A stretch of 64,000 nucleotides of DNA from an uncultured Erysipelotrichaceae bacterium (GCA_947166565.1 CAMVEL010000003.1:15277-79276), one strand, 5' to 3'. Shown: positions 51,937 to 62,167, numbered from the stretch's first letter. Notes: a model not told the origin generated them from the letters alone. A program made the numbers and translations.

Positions 51937-53859
51937 ATGAAGAAAGAAATGCAGTTCCAGACGGAAAGCCGTCAATTACTTGATCTTATGATCAATTCCA
52001 TTTATTCCAACAAGGAGATATTCCTCCGCGAATTGATTTCCAACGCGAGCGACGCGATCGATAAATACCGTTATCTATCTTTGACCGAGCCGGAAAAATA
52101 CCCATCCGCGGAAGGCGAGATCAGACTCAACCCAAACAAGGATGGGCGTTATATCGAAATCATCGATAACGGCATTGGCATGAGCCTCGAGGAAATGGAA
52201 AGCAACCTTGGCACGATCGCCCGTTCCGGTTCAAAGGAATTCAGCGAAAAGATCAAAAAGGCCAAGGAGGCCAAGGATTTATCGATCATAGGTCAGTTCG
52301 GCGTTGGCTTCTATAGCGCCTTCATGGTCGCGGAAAAAGTCGAAGTCATCTCTAAGCCAGAAGGCGGCGAAGCCCACCGCTTCTATAGCGATGGCAAGGA
52401 AACCTTCACCATTGAGGATGCCGAGATGGTCCAAGACCATGGTTCCATTGTCCGCGTGTATCTAAAGAAAGATACCGATGATGAGAATTATTCCAAATAC
52501 CTTGAAACCTACCAAATCGAAAACCTCGTCAAACGTTATAGCGACTACGTCCGTTATCCGATCAAGATGTTCGAGACCCGTACCGAATCCGATAAGGACG
52601 ATGAGGATAAGCCAATCGATGGCAAGACCCATGAGGTGACCGAAGACAAGACCCTCAACTCCATGGTGCCCCTTTGGAAGAAAGGGAAAGACGAGGTCAA
52701 AGACGAAGACCTCAACGCCTTCTATAAATCCAAATTCGACGATTATGAGGACCCCCTGCTATCGTTAAAGCTCCACGTCGATGGCTTGGTTTGCTATGAC
52801 GCGTTGTTATTCATTCCTTCCCACGCCCCATATAACCTCTATTCGGAATCCTATGAGCAAGGCCTGGCCCTTTATAGCAAAGGCATCTTCATCCAACATA
52901 AATGTAAAGAGCTCATTCCTAATTATTTGAAGTTCACCCAGGGTTTGGTGGATTCCGATGACTTCCCGCTCAATATCAGCAGGGAAATCCTCCAAAAATC
53001 CCCGGCGATGAGCAAGATCGCGAACAACGTCGAGAAGAAGATCCTCGATAAACTCAAATCCACCCTCAAGAACGATAGGGAAACCTATGAGAAGTTCTAT
53101 AAGGTCTATGGCGATCATCTCAAATTTGGTATCTACACCACCTATGGAATGAAGAAGCCCGACCTCCAAGACCTCCTTCTCTTCTATTCCTTGAAGGAAG
53201 ATAAGCTCGTCACCCTCGCTGAATACGTTGAGAAGATGGGCAAGAAGCAAAAAGATATCCTCTATGCTTCCGGTAAGAGCATTGATGAAATCAAGCTCCT
53301 TCCTCAGCTTGAGAAATTCAAGAGGGACGAGATCGATGTCCTCCTCCTTGATCACGATATCGATGAATTCACCATCATGGCCATGAACGATTATGATAAG
53401 CATCTCTTCAAAAACGTTGCCGCGATGGAAAAAGACGACCTCGACAAAGAGGAAAAGGACAAAATCGATAATCTTACCGCGAACCACAAGAGAATCCTCG
53501 ATACAATGAAGGAAGCCCTTAACGGGAAAGTCGATGAAGTCGCTTTCTCCACAAAGCTCGTCGATAGCCCGGTTTGCATCACCACCAAAGACGGCTTGTC
53601 GCTTAATATGGAGAAAGTCCTAGACGAACAGCCAGGCGAGCATCCAGAAGGCGCGCCAAAGGCGGCCAAGGTCCTTGAGATCAACGGCGACTCCGAACTC
53701 TTCAAGGCTATTGCCGCGGTCGGCGATAACGATGAGGAAATCAAGAAGTTCGGCACCTTGCTTTATAACGAGGCCCTCCTTCTTGAAGGACGTGAGGTTG
53801 AGGATAAGAAAGCCTTTGTCCAAGCCCTCAACGAATTGATGGTCAAAGCCGCGAAATAA
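51937..53859 (+). CDS. htpG: molecular chaperone HtpG (Hsp90)
   Basis: 640-aa ORF. The N-terminal FQTESRQLLDLMINSIYSNKEIFLRELISNASDAIDK and GQFGVGFYSAFMVA are canonical Hsp90 motifs. Confidence 0.95.
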   Translation: MKKEMQFQTESRQLLDLMINSIYSNKEIFLRELISNASDAIDKYRYLSLTEPEKYPSAEGEIRLNPNKDGRYIEIIDNGIGMSLEEMESNLGTIARSGSKEFSEKIKKAKEAKDLSIIGQFGVGFYSAFMVAEKVEVISKPEGGEAHRFYSDGKETFTIEDAEMVQDHGSIVRVYLKKDTDDENYSKYLETYQIENLVKRYSDYVRYPIKMFETRTESDKDDEDKPIDGKTHEVTEDKTLNSMVPLWKKGKDEVKDEDLNAFYKSKFDDYEDPLLSLKLHVDGLVCYDALLFIPSHAPYNLYSESYEQGLALYSKGIFIQHKCKELIPNYLKFTQGLVDSDDFPLNISREILQKSPAMSKIANNVEKKILDKLKSTLKNDRETYEKFYKVYGDHLKFGIYTTYGMKKPDLQDLLLFYSLKEDKLVTLAEYVEKMGKKQKDILYASGKSIDEIKLLPQLEKFKRDEIDVLLLDHDIDEFTIMAMNDYDKHLFKNVAAMEKDDLDKEEKDKIDNLTANHKRILDTMKEALNGKVDEVAFSTKLVDSPVCITTKDGLSLNMEKVLDEQPGEHPEGAPKAAKVLEINGDSELFKAIAAVGDNDEEIKKFGTLLYNEALLLEGREVEDKKAFVQALNELMVKAAK

Positions 53860-53877
53860 CTTATCCATGTATTGAAA

Positions 53878-53904
53878 ATCGCCATCGAGAGGTGGCGATT
53901 TTTA
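53878..53904 (+). terminator. rho-independent terminator of htpG
   Basis: The stem is ATCGCCA-tcgagagg-TGGCGAT followed by TTTTT. Confidence 0.8.
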
Positions 53905-53936
53905 TGATTCAGGAATTGTCGATCGACAACTATTTC

Positions 53937-54062
53937 TTATTCGTCGTCCGCGGATTCTTCGAGGGCGTAATTGGTGTCCTCGACGTTGGGGGATGAAACA
54001 ATGGCCATGAGGCTCTCGTATTCATCGTTGCTCGTCTTGATAAGATAATTGGTCTCGTCCAT
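53937..54062 (-). CDS. possible 41-aa acidic small protein
   Basis: The sequence is MDETNYLIKTSNDEYESLMAIVSSPNVEDTNYALEESADDE*. GGGAGGA lies 7 nt upstream of the ATG. It is below the ORF-track length cut-off and has no homology evidence. Confidence 0.3.
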   Translation of the reverse strand: MDETNYLIKTSNDEYESLMAIVSSPNVEDTNYALEESADDE

Positions 54063-54224
54063 AAACGATCCTCCCGTTTCCGGGAATTAAATGTACCATA
54101 GGGAAGTTTTTAGACAAGTCTAATTCTTCTACACTGTCGAACTTTCTTCGTTTTTCTTTGGTCACACCTTATCTTTAAGATAACGTTTGAAAAACGGGAA
54201 AATTTTCAGCCTTTTTTCCTTAGT

Positions 54225-54389
54225 TCATGAAGGAAGATTCAAAATAACGATTACAAGCGCGATTATTATTACCAAAAAGGCTGAAAGAATAATTATCCAA
54301 GGAAGATAATTCGGCTTTTTGTGATACTCTTCTTTTTGGGCTTCGGTCAGAAGAGATTCATCGATTTGATCTTCGTCTTCCCTTTTCAT
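54225..54389 (-). CDS. possible 54-aa single-pass membrane protein, translationally coupled to folC
   Basis: The sequence is MKREDEDQIDESLLTEAQKEEYHKKPNYLPWIIILSAFLVIIIALVIVILNLPS*. Its ATG (54389-54387) overlaps the folC TGA (54388-54386). Confidence 0.4.
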   Translation of the reverse strand: MKREDEDQIDESLLTEAQKEEYHKKPNYLPWIIILSAFLVIIIALVIVILNLPS

Positions 54390-55597
54390 TTCTCTAAAGC
54401 CTTTCTCATGTAGCGAACAAGTTCTTTGGAACCCGTGATTAGTATCTTGGCTTCCGGGTGGTCGGTTTTTAGTTTGTTATAGGCCTCTAGCGGGTCATCG
54501 ACGTATTCATAATCCTCAAGGTAGAAGAAATAACCATCTTGGTGGCGGATCGCTTCGTTATCTAAGGATGTAATGATCGAAACTGGGCAATAATTGGAAA
54601 GGAATGGGAGGATGGAGGCGATGTTCGCGTCTTTTCTCGCGGCAAAAAGGAAAGCGACATCCCCCTTAATAAGCGGAAGGGCTTCAACAAGAGCCTCCGC
54701 GGCTTCTGGATTTGAAGCATAATCGAAAATCACTCCCGCTCTTTCTTCAACCATGCAGGGGAGAGAAAGGGTGATAAGGGCCTTCTTTACGCTTTCATCG
54801 TCATCTAAAGGAAATTCCTTTTGAAGGATGTTGACGGCTTCAAGAGCAAAACAAGCATCTTCAACAAGGTATTTGGCCTTGCCTTGGATAACAAGGTTGC
54901 CATAGGGTCTAAAATGGAATCCATAAGCCCCATCTATCGGTTTTTCGAAGTGATATGCGTCCCTGACATATAGTTCTGAAGACAACGAATCTGCATAATC
55001 GCGGAGAAGCTTCGTTAGTTCATCTCCTAAAGAAGGAATAAGGAGTTTAGAGCCTTCGTTAAGCACACTGACTTTATTTAAGGCGATTTGCGATAAGGTC
55101 GTTCCTAAATAATCTGTATGTTCTAGCGATAAAGAGGTAAGAATAACTAGCCTGGAGTCATTATCGTCGATATAGGAAGCGTCATTCATTCCTCCTAGCG
55201 ATGATTCGACGATGGCTAGATCAATTTTCTTTTCATTGAAGAAGGAAAAAGCAACATAGCAAAGAATTTCCCAACGGGATAATTCCAATTTATCGATAAG
55301 CTTCGCATTTTCAGAATATATGCGGGTGAATTCTTCTTCGGTTATGGCAGTTCCGTCTACCTTAATGCATTCTAAACTCGATAAAAGGAAGGAATTGGTC
55401 AAAAGACCTACATGATATTTGGTTCTGTAAATGGCGTTAAGGAACTCGCAAACGGTGGACTTGCCATTGCTTCCAATTACATGGATAAGCGGGGCATGTA
55501 ACGATAAACGAGTCTTTTTGATGAATTTATCATAGCCATCCCTTTCGTAACGAAGGGGCAAGGAAGAAAGGTATTCTTCAATCTCTTGTTTAGTCAT
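54386..55597 (-). CDS. folC: folylpolyglutamate synthase / dihydrofolate synthase (Mur-ligase family)
   Basis: 403-aa ORF with P-loop VIGSNGKST and Mur-ligase middle and C-terminal domains. It overlaps smpB by 8 nt. Confidence 0.75.
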   Translation of the reverse strand: MTKQEIEEYLSSLPLRYERDGYDKFIKKTRLSLHAPLIHVIGSNGKSTVCEFLNAIYRTKYHVGLLTNSFLLSSLECIKVDGTAITEEEFTRIYSENAKLIDKLELSRWEILCYVAFSFFNEKKIDLAIVESSLGGMNDASYIDDNDSRLVILTSLSLEHTDYLGTTLSQIALNKVSVLNEGSKLLIPSLGDELTKLLRDYADSLSSELYVRDAYHFEKPIDGAYGFHFRPYGNLVIQGKAKYLVEDACFALEAVNILQKEFPLDDDESVKKALITLSLPCMVEERAGVIFDYASNPEAAEALVEALPLIKGDVAFLFAARKDANIASILPFLSNYCPVSIITSLDNEAIRHQDGYFFYLEDYEYVDDPLEAYNKLKTDHPEAKILITGSKELVRYMRKALEK

Positions 55598-56069
55598 CTT
55601 TGGCCTTTGCTCCTTCCTTCATGGCTTTATCCATTCTTTTTTTATCATCTCTTTCCTTGATGGCGTCTCTCTTGTCATGGGAGGCTTTGCCAACCGCTAA
55701 TGCAATCTCAACCTTGGCATACCCTCTTTTTAGATAGACCTTGGTCGGAACGATGGTGGCCGACGTCCCTTTAAGGTGGCGTTCGAACTTGGCAATCTCG
55801 TTTTTATGGAGAAGAAGTTTACGATCGCGGAGGTGATCGACGTTATAAATGGTCCCTTCCTTATAAGGGGCGATATGCATATTGCAAAGGAAAGCTTCGC
55901 CATCTTTTATCCTCACATAGGAATCGGAAAGGGAGGCGTTATGGGCCCTTAAGGATTTGATTTCGGTGCCGGTAAGAACCAAGCCGGCTTCGGTTAAATC
56001 CGAAAGGAAATACAGGAAATGGGCTTTCCTGTTCTCAAGCAAAACTGATGATTCCTTTTTCTTCGCCAT
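55590..56069 (-). CDS. smpB: SsrA-binding protein
   Basis: 159-aa ORF. ENRKA...Y......EAG..L.G.E.KS.R, LLLHK.EI and a basic C-terminal tail are canonical SmpB features. Confidence 0.95.
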   Translation of the reverse strand: MAKKKESSVLLENRKAHFLYFLSDLTEAGLVLTGTEIKSLRAHNASLSDSYVRIKDGEAFLCNMHIAPYKEGTIYNVDHLRDRKLLLHKNEIAKFERHLKGTSATIVPTKVYLKRGYAKVEIALAVGKASHDKRDAIKERDDKKRMDKAMKEGAKAKDD

Positions 56070-56157
56070 AGTGAACGGCTCATATTATAGAGGAATAGAT
56101 CTTCTTTTGGTAAAAGAAAAGCCTCCACGACGGAAGGCTTTGGTTGTTGGCTAATCC

Positions 56158-56529
56158 TTAGTTATCGGAAACGAGGCCGAGGATGGCGCCGATGAGGTAG
56201 AAGAGGTCACCGGAGATGATGCCAATGATGAGCATGATTATGTGCGGGGTGGAATTCTTCTTACCATCGTTGAGGGCTTTCTTAGCAAAGCCAGCAACGA
56301 CGAAGGCGACGATCAAGATGATGGTGGTGATGATGCCGACGATAAGGAGCATCGTACCAGTTGCCTTGACGACTTCGGCGGTCAATTGTCCGCTCGTATC
56401 GGCTTGGACAACGGCTTGGGTGTTGGCCAAGGAGACGATGCCGACGATGATAAGGACGATCGTGGCGAGCATGGCAATGATGTTGAAGATTCTGCCAATC
56501 GTGTATAGAACTGCACTTCCAGTTTTCAT
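56158..56529 (-). CDS. small integral membrane protein (about 4 TM)
   Basis: 123-aa hydrophobic ORF. The overlapping + strand and alternative-frame ORFs are compositional shadows. Confidence 0.5.
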   Translation of the reverse strand: MKTGSAVLYTIGRIFNIIAMLATIVLIIVGIVSLANTQAVVQADTSGQLTAEVVKATGTMLLIVGIITTIILIVAFVVAGFAKKALNDGKKNSTPHIIMLIIGIISGDLFYLIGAILGLVSDN

Positions 56530-56594
56530 AAAAAACCTCCTGAAACTTTAGAAATGTACCATGATTATACAAGATTTTATCCTATTGAGAAGTC

Positions 56595-58292
56595 TTAGGC
56601 TTTTGTTTGAGCGGATGGATTCGCTTTCTTAATGGATATCACGGCGTTGTTTTCTGTTATGGAAGAGACCTCCAATTCGAAGGGGAAGGGATCACCATTA
56701 TTGAAAGCCGTGTGCTTCGGCATGAAGGTCTCGCCAAAAGTCGGCTTACCCGGGTGTGCGCTATAGGAAAGGGAGAAAATAGAGCCTTCTTGGAAAAGGT
56801 CTTCGTTAGAAATGAAACCGCCTTTTAGGAATGTGTTATCCCCGCTTCCTTCTATTTGATGAATCAAAGAGAACGTCACGGGTGCCCTCTTTTCGGATTT
56901 TATGTTGTTGCTAGCGGCGGTTTCGAAATAGCGGCGAGAATACCCATAAGAATCGTTTTTGATGTTATAGCCGTTATAGTAGGTATAGGATTCTTCGACT
57001 ATCTTTCCGGAGGCGTTGAAACGAATGTCGACGGCTTTGATCCTTGCGTCCACGTGATAGATTTTGATGCCGGGGATTGTGAATCCTTTCGGGCGCTTAG
57101 GACTGAATTGGACTTCTGAATCTTTTTTGTTAAGGCCATCCGGCGTATAGAACTCCACGATGAAATATTCATCGAAAAGGGTTCCATTCCAATGGGAAGA
57201 AGGAATGATGAAGCTATCCCCGGTCTCGGTGGCCTTCCCTAAGGTGACCTTGCATGAATCATAGACGACTTTCGGCGTTTTCCATCCCATAACCCCTTTG
57301 GAGAAGGCGTTATGATCAAGGATGTTCCCATCCATCATATCCCCTAATCCTAAAGGATTAAATGAAGCGATATCGGAATATTTGCAATCTGGAGAAACAT
57401 AGTAGTCATCGAGTCCGATCATATGACCGAATTCATGAATGAGAGTATGCGAATCTAACTTTTTGACACCGTTTTCCCCAAGACCGGTTTTATAGAGGAA
57501 ATCCTGCGACATCCAAAAATAGGTGTTGAGGGTCGGGGCGTTTTTATTTGGATTCTGTAATCCCCAGAAGGTATAGGCCCAGAAATAATCAACCTCGTCA
57601 AAGGCTTTAAGGGAGCTGTCATTACGAGAATTCGGGCAAGAATAAACGGCTATGACACCATCGAGATTCCCGTTTCCATCGGTATCGAAATCCTTAAGGT
57701 TAAAATCTTGGTATTGTTTGACCTTTTCAACGGCCGCGTTGACAAGGAAAAGGCCGTTATCGGTATTCTCCATTCCAAGCGATTTTCCGTTTTCTAGGGA
57801 ACGCGTGTATGCTTTTTTGGCCGTAATGCCTGACTTATAGATAGGGGCAATTTGGAAATCTAGGTTCAATGCTCCAAAAGAGCTTTGTTTGTAATAAGAA
57901 GCTAGAGAAGGGTAATCCAGAGCTTCGACATCCGTTCCTTTTAAACAAGCGGAAAGATCAGATATAAAGCCGTCGGTGAATGGATAATCGCTAAATTCTA
58001 TGGGAACGACCAGAATCTTATCGTTTCCTTTGCTTGGAACGGTATCAGCGCCGCGAGAACGATATAGTTCTCTATAAGAGAAGGGTATCAAATCCCCGTC
58101 TTTCGGTTGATAGATGCCATCTTTATCGGTGTCAAGCAAAGAAGGGTCTACAGGATCGATATTGCTAAGGGGTTCTGCGCCTCCGCCATTGAACATAGAA
58201 TAAAGACTGCAGGAAGAAAGCAACAAAACGCCAGCGCCAGCGCCCGCGAGCGCGCTTTTAATCGCGAGGTTTTCCTTCTTGCTCTTCTTCAT
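56595..58292 (-). CDS. M6-like (immune-inhibitor-A-type) zinc metalloprotease lipoprotein
   Basis: The start was trimmed to ATG 58292 (MKKSKKENLAIKSALAGAGAGVLLLSSCS, lipobox LSSC). The zinc site is HTLIHEFGHMIGLDDYY. Confidence 0.7.
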   Translation of the reverse strand: MKKSKKENLAIKSALAGAGAGVLLLSSCSLYSMFNGGGAEPLSNIDPVDPSLLDTDKDGIYQPKDGDLIPFSYRELYRSRGADTVPSKGNDKILVVPIEFSDYPFTDGFISDLSACLKGTDVEALDYPSLASYYKQSSFGALNLDFQIAPIYKSGITAKKAYTRSLENGKSLGMENTDNGLFLVNAAVEKVKQYQDFNLKDFDTDGNGNLDGVIAVYSCPNSRNDSSLKAFDEVDYFWAYTFWGLQNPNKNAPTLNTYFWMSQDFLYKTGLGENGVKKLDSHTLIHEFGHMIGLDDYYVSPDCKYSDIASFNPLGLGDMMDGNILDHNAFSKGVMGWKTPKVVYDSCKVTLGKATETGDSFIIPSSHWNGTLFDEYFIVEFYTPDGLNKKDSEVQFSPKRPKGFTIPGIKIYHVDARIKAVDIRFNASGKIVEESYTYYNGYNIKNDSYGYSRRYFETAASNNIKSEKRAPVTFSLIHQIEGSGDNTFLKGGFISNEDLFQEGSIFSLSYSAHPGKPTFGETFMPKHTAFNNGDPFPFELEVSSITENNAVISIKKANPSAQTKA

Positions 58293-58437
58293 CGGCCAAA
58301 TATTAAAGCAAAAGGGGAAAACTAAAAGGAGAAAATGACAATTGGGCAAAAACTTACCTTATCTGCAATCCGCCAAAATCATGGAAATATTAAAAAAACG
58401 GTGGTCGAATTCAACCACCGTTTTGGCTTATTTGTAA

Positions 58438-59157
58438 TTAGGCGCGATCCTTGAGATAGTACTTATCAAGGACGGCGAGGGTCTTCTCGTCGAGTTCGTA
58501 AACGAGTGGTGAACCAGTTGGGATTTCGACGGAGATGATCTGCTCTGGGGTGAGGTGCTCAAGCATCATGACAATGGCGCGGAGGGAGTTGCCATGGGCG
58601 GCGATAAGAACCTTCTTACCAGCGTGAAGTTCGGGGGCGATCTTTTCATCCCAATATGGTTTGACGCGGTTGGCGGTGTCGATAAGGCATTCGGTAAGAG
58701 GCATGTCCTCCATCGACATCTCGCCCTTCTTGACGAGGTCGAGGTATTTTTCTTGATTGCCTGGCCATCTTTCATCCTCTTTGGTGAGGGATAGAGGTGG
58801 GACATCGGCGGAACGACGCCAGATATGAACTTGTTCATCACCCCATTTGACGGCGGATTCGGCCTTGTTAAGGCCTTGGAGAGCGCCATAATGGCGTTCG
58901 TTCAAACGCCAAGAATAGAATTTTGGAAGATTGGTTTCGCCGAGGGCTTCAAGAGCCAAATCCATCGTGCGGTTAGCCCTTTGGAGAACCGAGGAGAAGG
59001 CGACATCGAAGGTATAGCCTTCCTTGCGAAGAAGTTCGCCAGCTTCCTTGGCTTCCCTAATACCCTGTTCTGATAGGGGTACATCGGTCCAGCCGGTAAA
59101 GCGGTTTTCGAGGTTCCATGCCGATTGGCCATGGCGAATCAATACGAGTTTGACCAT
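58438..59157 (-). CDS. gpmA: 2,3-bisphosphoglycerate-dependent phosphoglycerate mutase
   Basis: 239-aa ORF. LVLIRHGQSAWNLENRFTGW, ERHYGALQG and AAHGNSLRA are canonical dPGM motifs. Confidence 0.95.
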   Translation of the reverse strand: MVKLVLIRHGQSAWNLENRFTGWTDVPLSEQGIREAKEAGELLRKEGYTFDVAFSSVLQRANRTMDLALEALGETNLPKFYSWRLNERHYGALQGLNKAESAVKWGDEQVHIWRRSADVPPLSLTKEDERWPGNQEKYLDLVKKGEMSMEDMPLTECLIDTANRVKPYWDEKIAPELHAGKKVLIAAHGNSLRAIVMMLEHLTPEQIISVEIPTGSPLVYELDEKTLAVLDKYYLKDRA

Positions 59158-59235
59158 TGTTTCTTTTTCCTTTTTCTGTAGTTTTCTTTATTTTATAAAG
59201 TCGATGGTTTTCGACCAAACGACATTATATCCTTT

Positions 59236-59760
59236 TTAGAACCTGCCGTGTGGCTTAGTTTCCTTCTTCTTTGACTCCGCGGTTTCTTTCTTTGAGCCCG
59301 GAATAACATGATCTTCGAATAATTTGGTGAGCTCAGTATAAAGAGGGCCAATCGTAATCGCGACGACATGGAGATGTCCCTCTGAGCCAAGTTTAGCGAG
59401 GGCGTATATCTCTTCTGACCCTTTGTCGGTCATTTTGATCATGTCCGCGCCGAAGATGAAAATATAGGTTCTCCTTCTTTCTTCCTCGGTTTCGGTTTGA
59501 ACCATCTTCAAGAGTTTGCGAAGGCGCTTGATGTATTTCTTTCTTCCTCCGTAAAGCGGATCTTCTTCGGTAGAAGGAGGAAAGAAATTAACGGCATACA
59601 CCGCGGAGGTATGGGAGGAAAGCTGAAGTTGCTTCAAGGCGGTTAAACCCCAAAGATTGACCGAATCCATCGTTGAGCCAATAAGAAGAATGTTATTCGT
59701 TTCCTCATTAAAAACGAAGCGCGGTCTCTTATTCGGTTCTTTCCTTAAATCGATAATCAT
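59236..59760 (-). CDS. hypothetical protein
   Basis: 174-aa ORF, 2 nt downstream of ugd. No motif recognised. Confidence 0.45.
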   Translation of the reverse strand: MIIDLRKEPNKRPRFVFNEETNNILLIGSTMDSVNLWGLTALKQLQLSSHTSAVYAVNFFPPSTEEDPLYGGRKKYIKRLRKLLKMVQTETEEERRRTYIFIFGADMIKMTDKGSEEIYALAKLGSEGHLHVVAITIGPLYTELTKLFEDHVIPGSKKETAESKKKETKPHGRF

Positions 59761-59762
59761 TT

Positions 59763-60932
59763 CTAGTCCCTATGGCTTACATCGCGAGTATATACCTTAT
59801 TGAGGTATGGATTAAGCCTTTCATCAATTCTGCTTGCAACAATGACGTCAACGGAGTCAACAAATCTTTGGAAATCGTCGACAAGAGGATAGCCTTTAAA
59901 CGAATCCTCCCTCGCGATTGGTTCATAGATGATCACATCGACATTTTTCTCTTTGAGAAGGAAAAGCAAATCAACCATCGGGGAAGAACGGAAATTCGGA
60001 GAATCCTTTTTTCCCGAGAGGCGATAGAAGCCGACTGTTTTCCCTTTGTATCTCTTTGCGATATCTTCCGCGATTGTCTGCTTGCGGTGCTCGTTAGCCA
60101 AGATTGTAGCGCTGATTAGGTCTTCGGGGATATCGCCATAGCAGGAAAGCAAAGCTTTGGTGTCTTTTGGAAGACAATATCCGCCATAGCCAAAGCTTGG
60201 ATTGTTATAGAAATCGCCAATGCGAGGGTCAAGGCTAACGCCTTCAATCAGGGTTTTGGAGTTAAGGCCCTTCTTCAAGGCAAAATTATCAAGTTCATTG
60301 AAATAGGCTACCCTCATGGCAAGGTATTCGTTCGAGAATAACTTTATGGCCTCCGCCTCCATCGAGGAGGAAAGAATGGTTCTCACGTTTTTGTCTTCAA
60401 CGCAATTCAGAATCAAATCCATATAGGCTTTGGCTTTTTCCTTATCCTTTTCATCATCATAGCCAACAATCAGCCTAGAAGGCTTCATAACGTCTTCGTA
60501 CAAGGTATTCTCGCGAAGGAATTCCGGGGAAAATAGGAGGGACATGCCTTCTTTTTTCTTAGAAAGAGTGTAGCCAATAGGGACGGTGCTTTTGATGACT
60601 ATAGAAGAATTCGGATACATCTTAGAGCATTTCTTTATTTCTTCGTCCAAGGCTTTTGTATCAAAGCTACGGGTCTGTTCATCATAATCCGTAGGAAGGC
60701 AAAGCAGCACGAAATCAGGATTGATCTTTGGCAGGCTTGTTAAGGTTTCGATTTTTGGGATGGTCCCAAAACGTGACAAGAAAAGAGAATCGTTTAAACG
60801 GTAATTGCCATTTGAAAGGCTATCGGCCCTTTCTTTGGAAGCATCAACGCAATAAACGTCTGCTTTTTCCCTAAACAAAAGAGCCTGGGCAAGCCCAACG
60901 TATCCAATTCCAACAATCAAGACTTTGCTCAT
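59763..60932 (-). CDS. ugd: UDP-glucose 6-dehydrogenase (NDP-sugar dehydrogenase family)
   Basis: 389-aa ORF. It has the N-terminal Rossmann motif VGIGYVGL, a central GYGGYCLPKD with the catalytic Cys, and the C-terminal UDP-binding domain. Confidence 0.85.
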   Translation of the reverse strand: MSKVLIVGIGYVGLAQALLFREKADVYCVDASKERADSLSNGNYRLNDSLFLSRFGTIPKIETLTSLPKINPDFVLLCLPTDYDEQTRSFDTKALDEEIKKCSKMYPNSSIVIKSTVPIGYTLSKKKEGMSLLFSPEFLRENTLYEDVMKPSRLIVGYDDEKDKEKAKAYMDLILNCVEDKNVRTILSSSMEAEAIKLFSNEYLAMRVAYFNELDNFALKKGLNSKTLIEGVSLDPRIGDFYNNPSFGYGGYCLPKDTKALLSCYGDIPEDLISATILANEHRKQTIAEDIAKRYKGKTVGFYRLSGKKDSPNFRSSPMVDLLFLLKEKNVDVIIYEPIAREDSFKGYPLVDDFQRFVDSVDVIVASRIDERLNPYLNKVYTRDVSHRD

Positions 60933-61477
60933 CGATCGTCTTCCTTTTCCTTTTTCGGCTCTTCCTGTTTCTCTTCTTCCTCTTCTTCGTCTTCTTCCTC
61001 AGCTTCCATGAGTTCCTTTAAGGGGAAGTAATAATGGTAGACGGCCTCAAAAGCGTAAACCGCGGCGATATAGCAGAAGACAATGCCTACAACTAGGCGA
61101 TGGATTTCCACCATGGCGTCCACGCCATTGATGAGGGTGAAGATATCAAGGATAACGATCGCGATTGGGGCGGGGATGATAATGAATTTATCGACAAGGG
61201 AAACCCTTTGTCTTCTTTTCTTTGAGGCTAGCGCCCAAATCAAATCACCGACAATCAAGGCGGCACCCGCCAAAGTCACATAGGTGAATACCTGCCTAAA
61301 GCCGGTGGTTTTGCCCAATACTCCAACAAGCATCAAAACACCAAGGGTTACGAAAACAAGGGAGAAGACGAGCAACTCTATTGTGTAGATCTTGATGGCC
61401 TTCTTCTGGTCTTTGGTTCTATTTCTGATTTCTTCTTTTTTGTTCATATGGTTAAAGATTCTTTCCTGCTTGGGCAT
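60929..61477 (-). CDS. membrane protein with a poly-Glu C-terminal tail
   Basis: 182-aa ORF with about four TM helices and a C-terminal EAEEEDEEEEEEKQEEPKKEKEDD. It overlaps the ugd start by 4 nt. Confidence 0.5.
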   Translation of the reverse strand: MPKQERIFNHMNKKEEIRNRTKDQKKAIKIYTIELLVFSLVFVTLGVLMLVGVLGKTTGFRQVFTYVTLAGAALIVGDLIWALASKKRRQRVSLVDKFIIIPAPIAIVILDIFTLINGVDAMVEIHRLVVGIVFCYIAAVYAFEAVYHYYFPLKELMEAEEEDEEEEEEKQEEPKKEKEDDR

Positions 61478-61533
61478 ATCATACCAAAACTAAGTAAAAC
61501 TTAGAATTAAAAGGAAAGGCCTTAATGAATGAA

Positions 61534-62052
61534 TTAGGAAGCTTTTCTAAAACGGATGACCTGAGAAGAGGTTGAACGGAGGGAAATCTCCGCTTTACGC
61601 TTACGGCCTTTCTCGTCTGTGGCGACGATGAAAACCTTATTTAGGCGGGACATGTCATTATCTTCGGGGATATGGAATTCGAAAACAGCTTCGAATGGAT
61701 GCCCGTCCCTAATCCTAAATCCATAGCCTTTTTTGGACTTTAGGAGGAAATGGGTGGAGCCCCCTTGGGCTAGAGGCAAAGCGGCTACCCCGGTTATAGG
61801 AAGGAGGACTTTATCGATTTCCGCGGCTAGAAAGATATCGCTGAATTCGTGCTCCCCTTTTCTAGTCGTGGAGGCACGCAAAAGAAGCCTTACCTCGTAG
61901 ATGTTGATATAGGCCATACGACGTACCTCTATAGAGGTATCGCCTTGTTTGGCTATAGCTTGGGCGAGGTAAGCTAACACTATCACGAGCGCCGCACCGA
62001 CGACGGATAGGATTGGGATCAATATGGTGTTATCAAAAATCAGCACTCCCAT
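61534..62052 (-). CDS. N-terminally anchored hypothetical protein
   Basis: 172-aa ORF with a single N-terminal TM helix (ILIPILSVVGAALVIVLAYLA). Confidence 0.45.
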   Translation of the reverse strand: MGVLIFDNTILIPILSVVGAALVIVLAYLAQAIAKQGDTSIEVRRMAYINIYEVRLLLRASTTRKGEHEFSDIFLAAEIDKVLLPITGVAALPLAQGGSTHFLLKSKKGYGFRIRDGHPFEAVFEFHIPEDNDMSRLNKVFIVATDEKGRKRKAEISLRSTSSQVIRFRKAS

Positions 62053-62124
62053 AGCGAAGCAAAGACTACTCCTAATCTTGATATATTCAAGATGAAACCG
62101 GTTTTATGTACTTCTTTTTTGTAT

Positions 62125-62167
62125 GAAAAAAGGCAAAATAATGGATGCGTGCTCCAATATTTTGCCT
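62125..62167 (-). terminator. rho-independent terminator of galE
   Basis: A 10-bp stem AGGCAAAATA (62131-62140) / TATTTTGCCT (62158-62167) is followed on the reverse strand by TTTTTC. Confidence 0.75.

Noticed and set aside
53860-56160. I looked for a tmRNA (ssrA) gene next to smpB, and for any tRNA or rRNA.
   Set aside because: No GGGG...tRNA-like 5' end, no resume-codon/tag ORF and no TTCGA-type T-loop with a CCA end were found around smpB. No rRNA or tRNA features were recognised anywhere in the window.
62141-62157. The loop of the galE terminator contains TTGGAGCACG on the reverse strand, a 10-nt match to the start of the boundary core.
   Set aside because: The match is on the opposite strand, diverges after 10 nt (CATCC vs ATGCG) and has no associated arm elements. 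It is probably chance, but worth including in a genome-wide motif scan.
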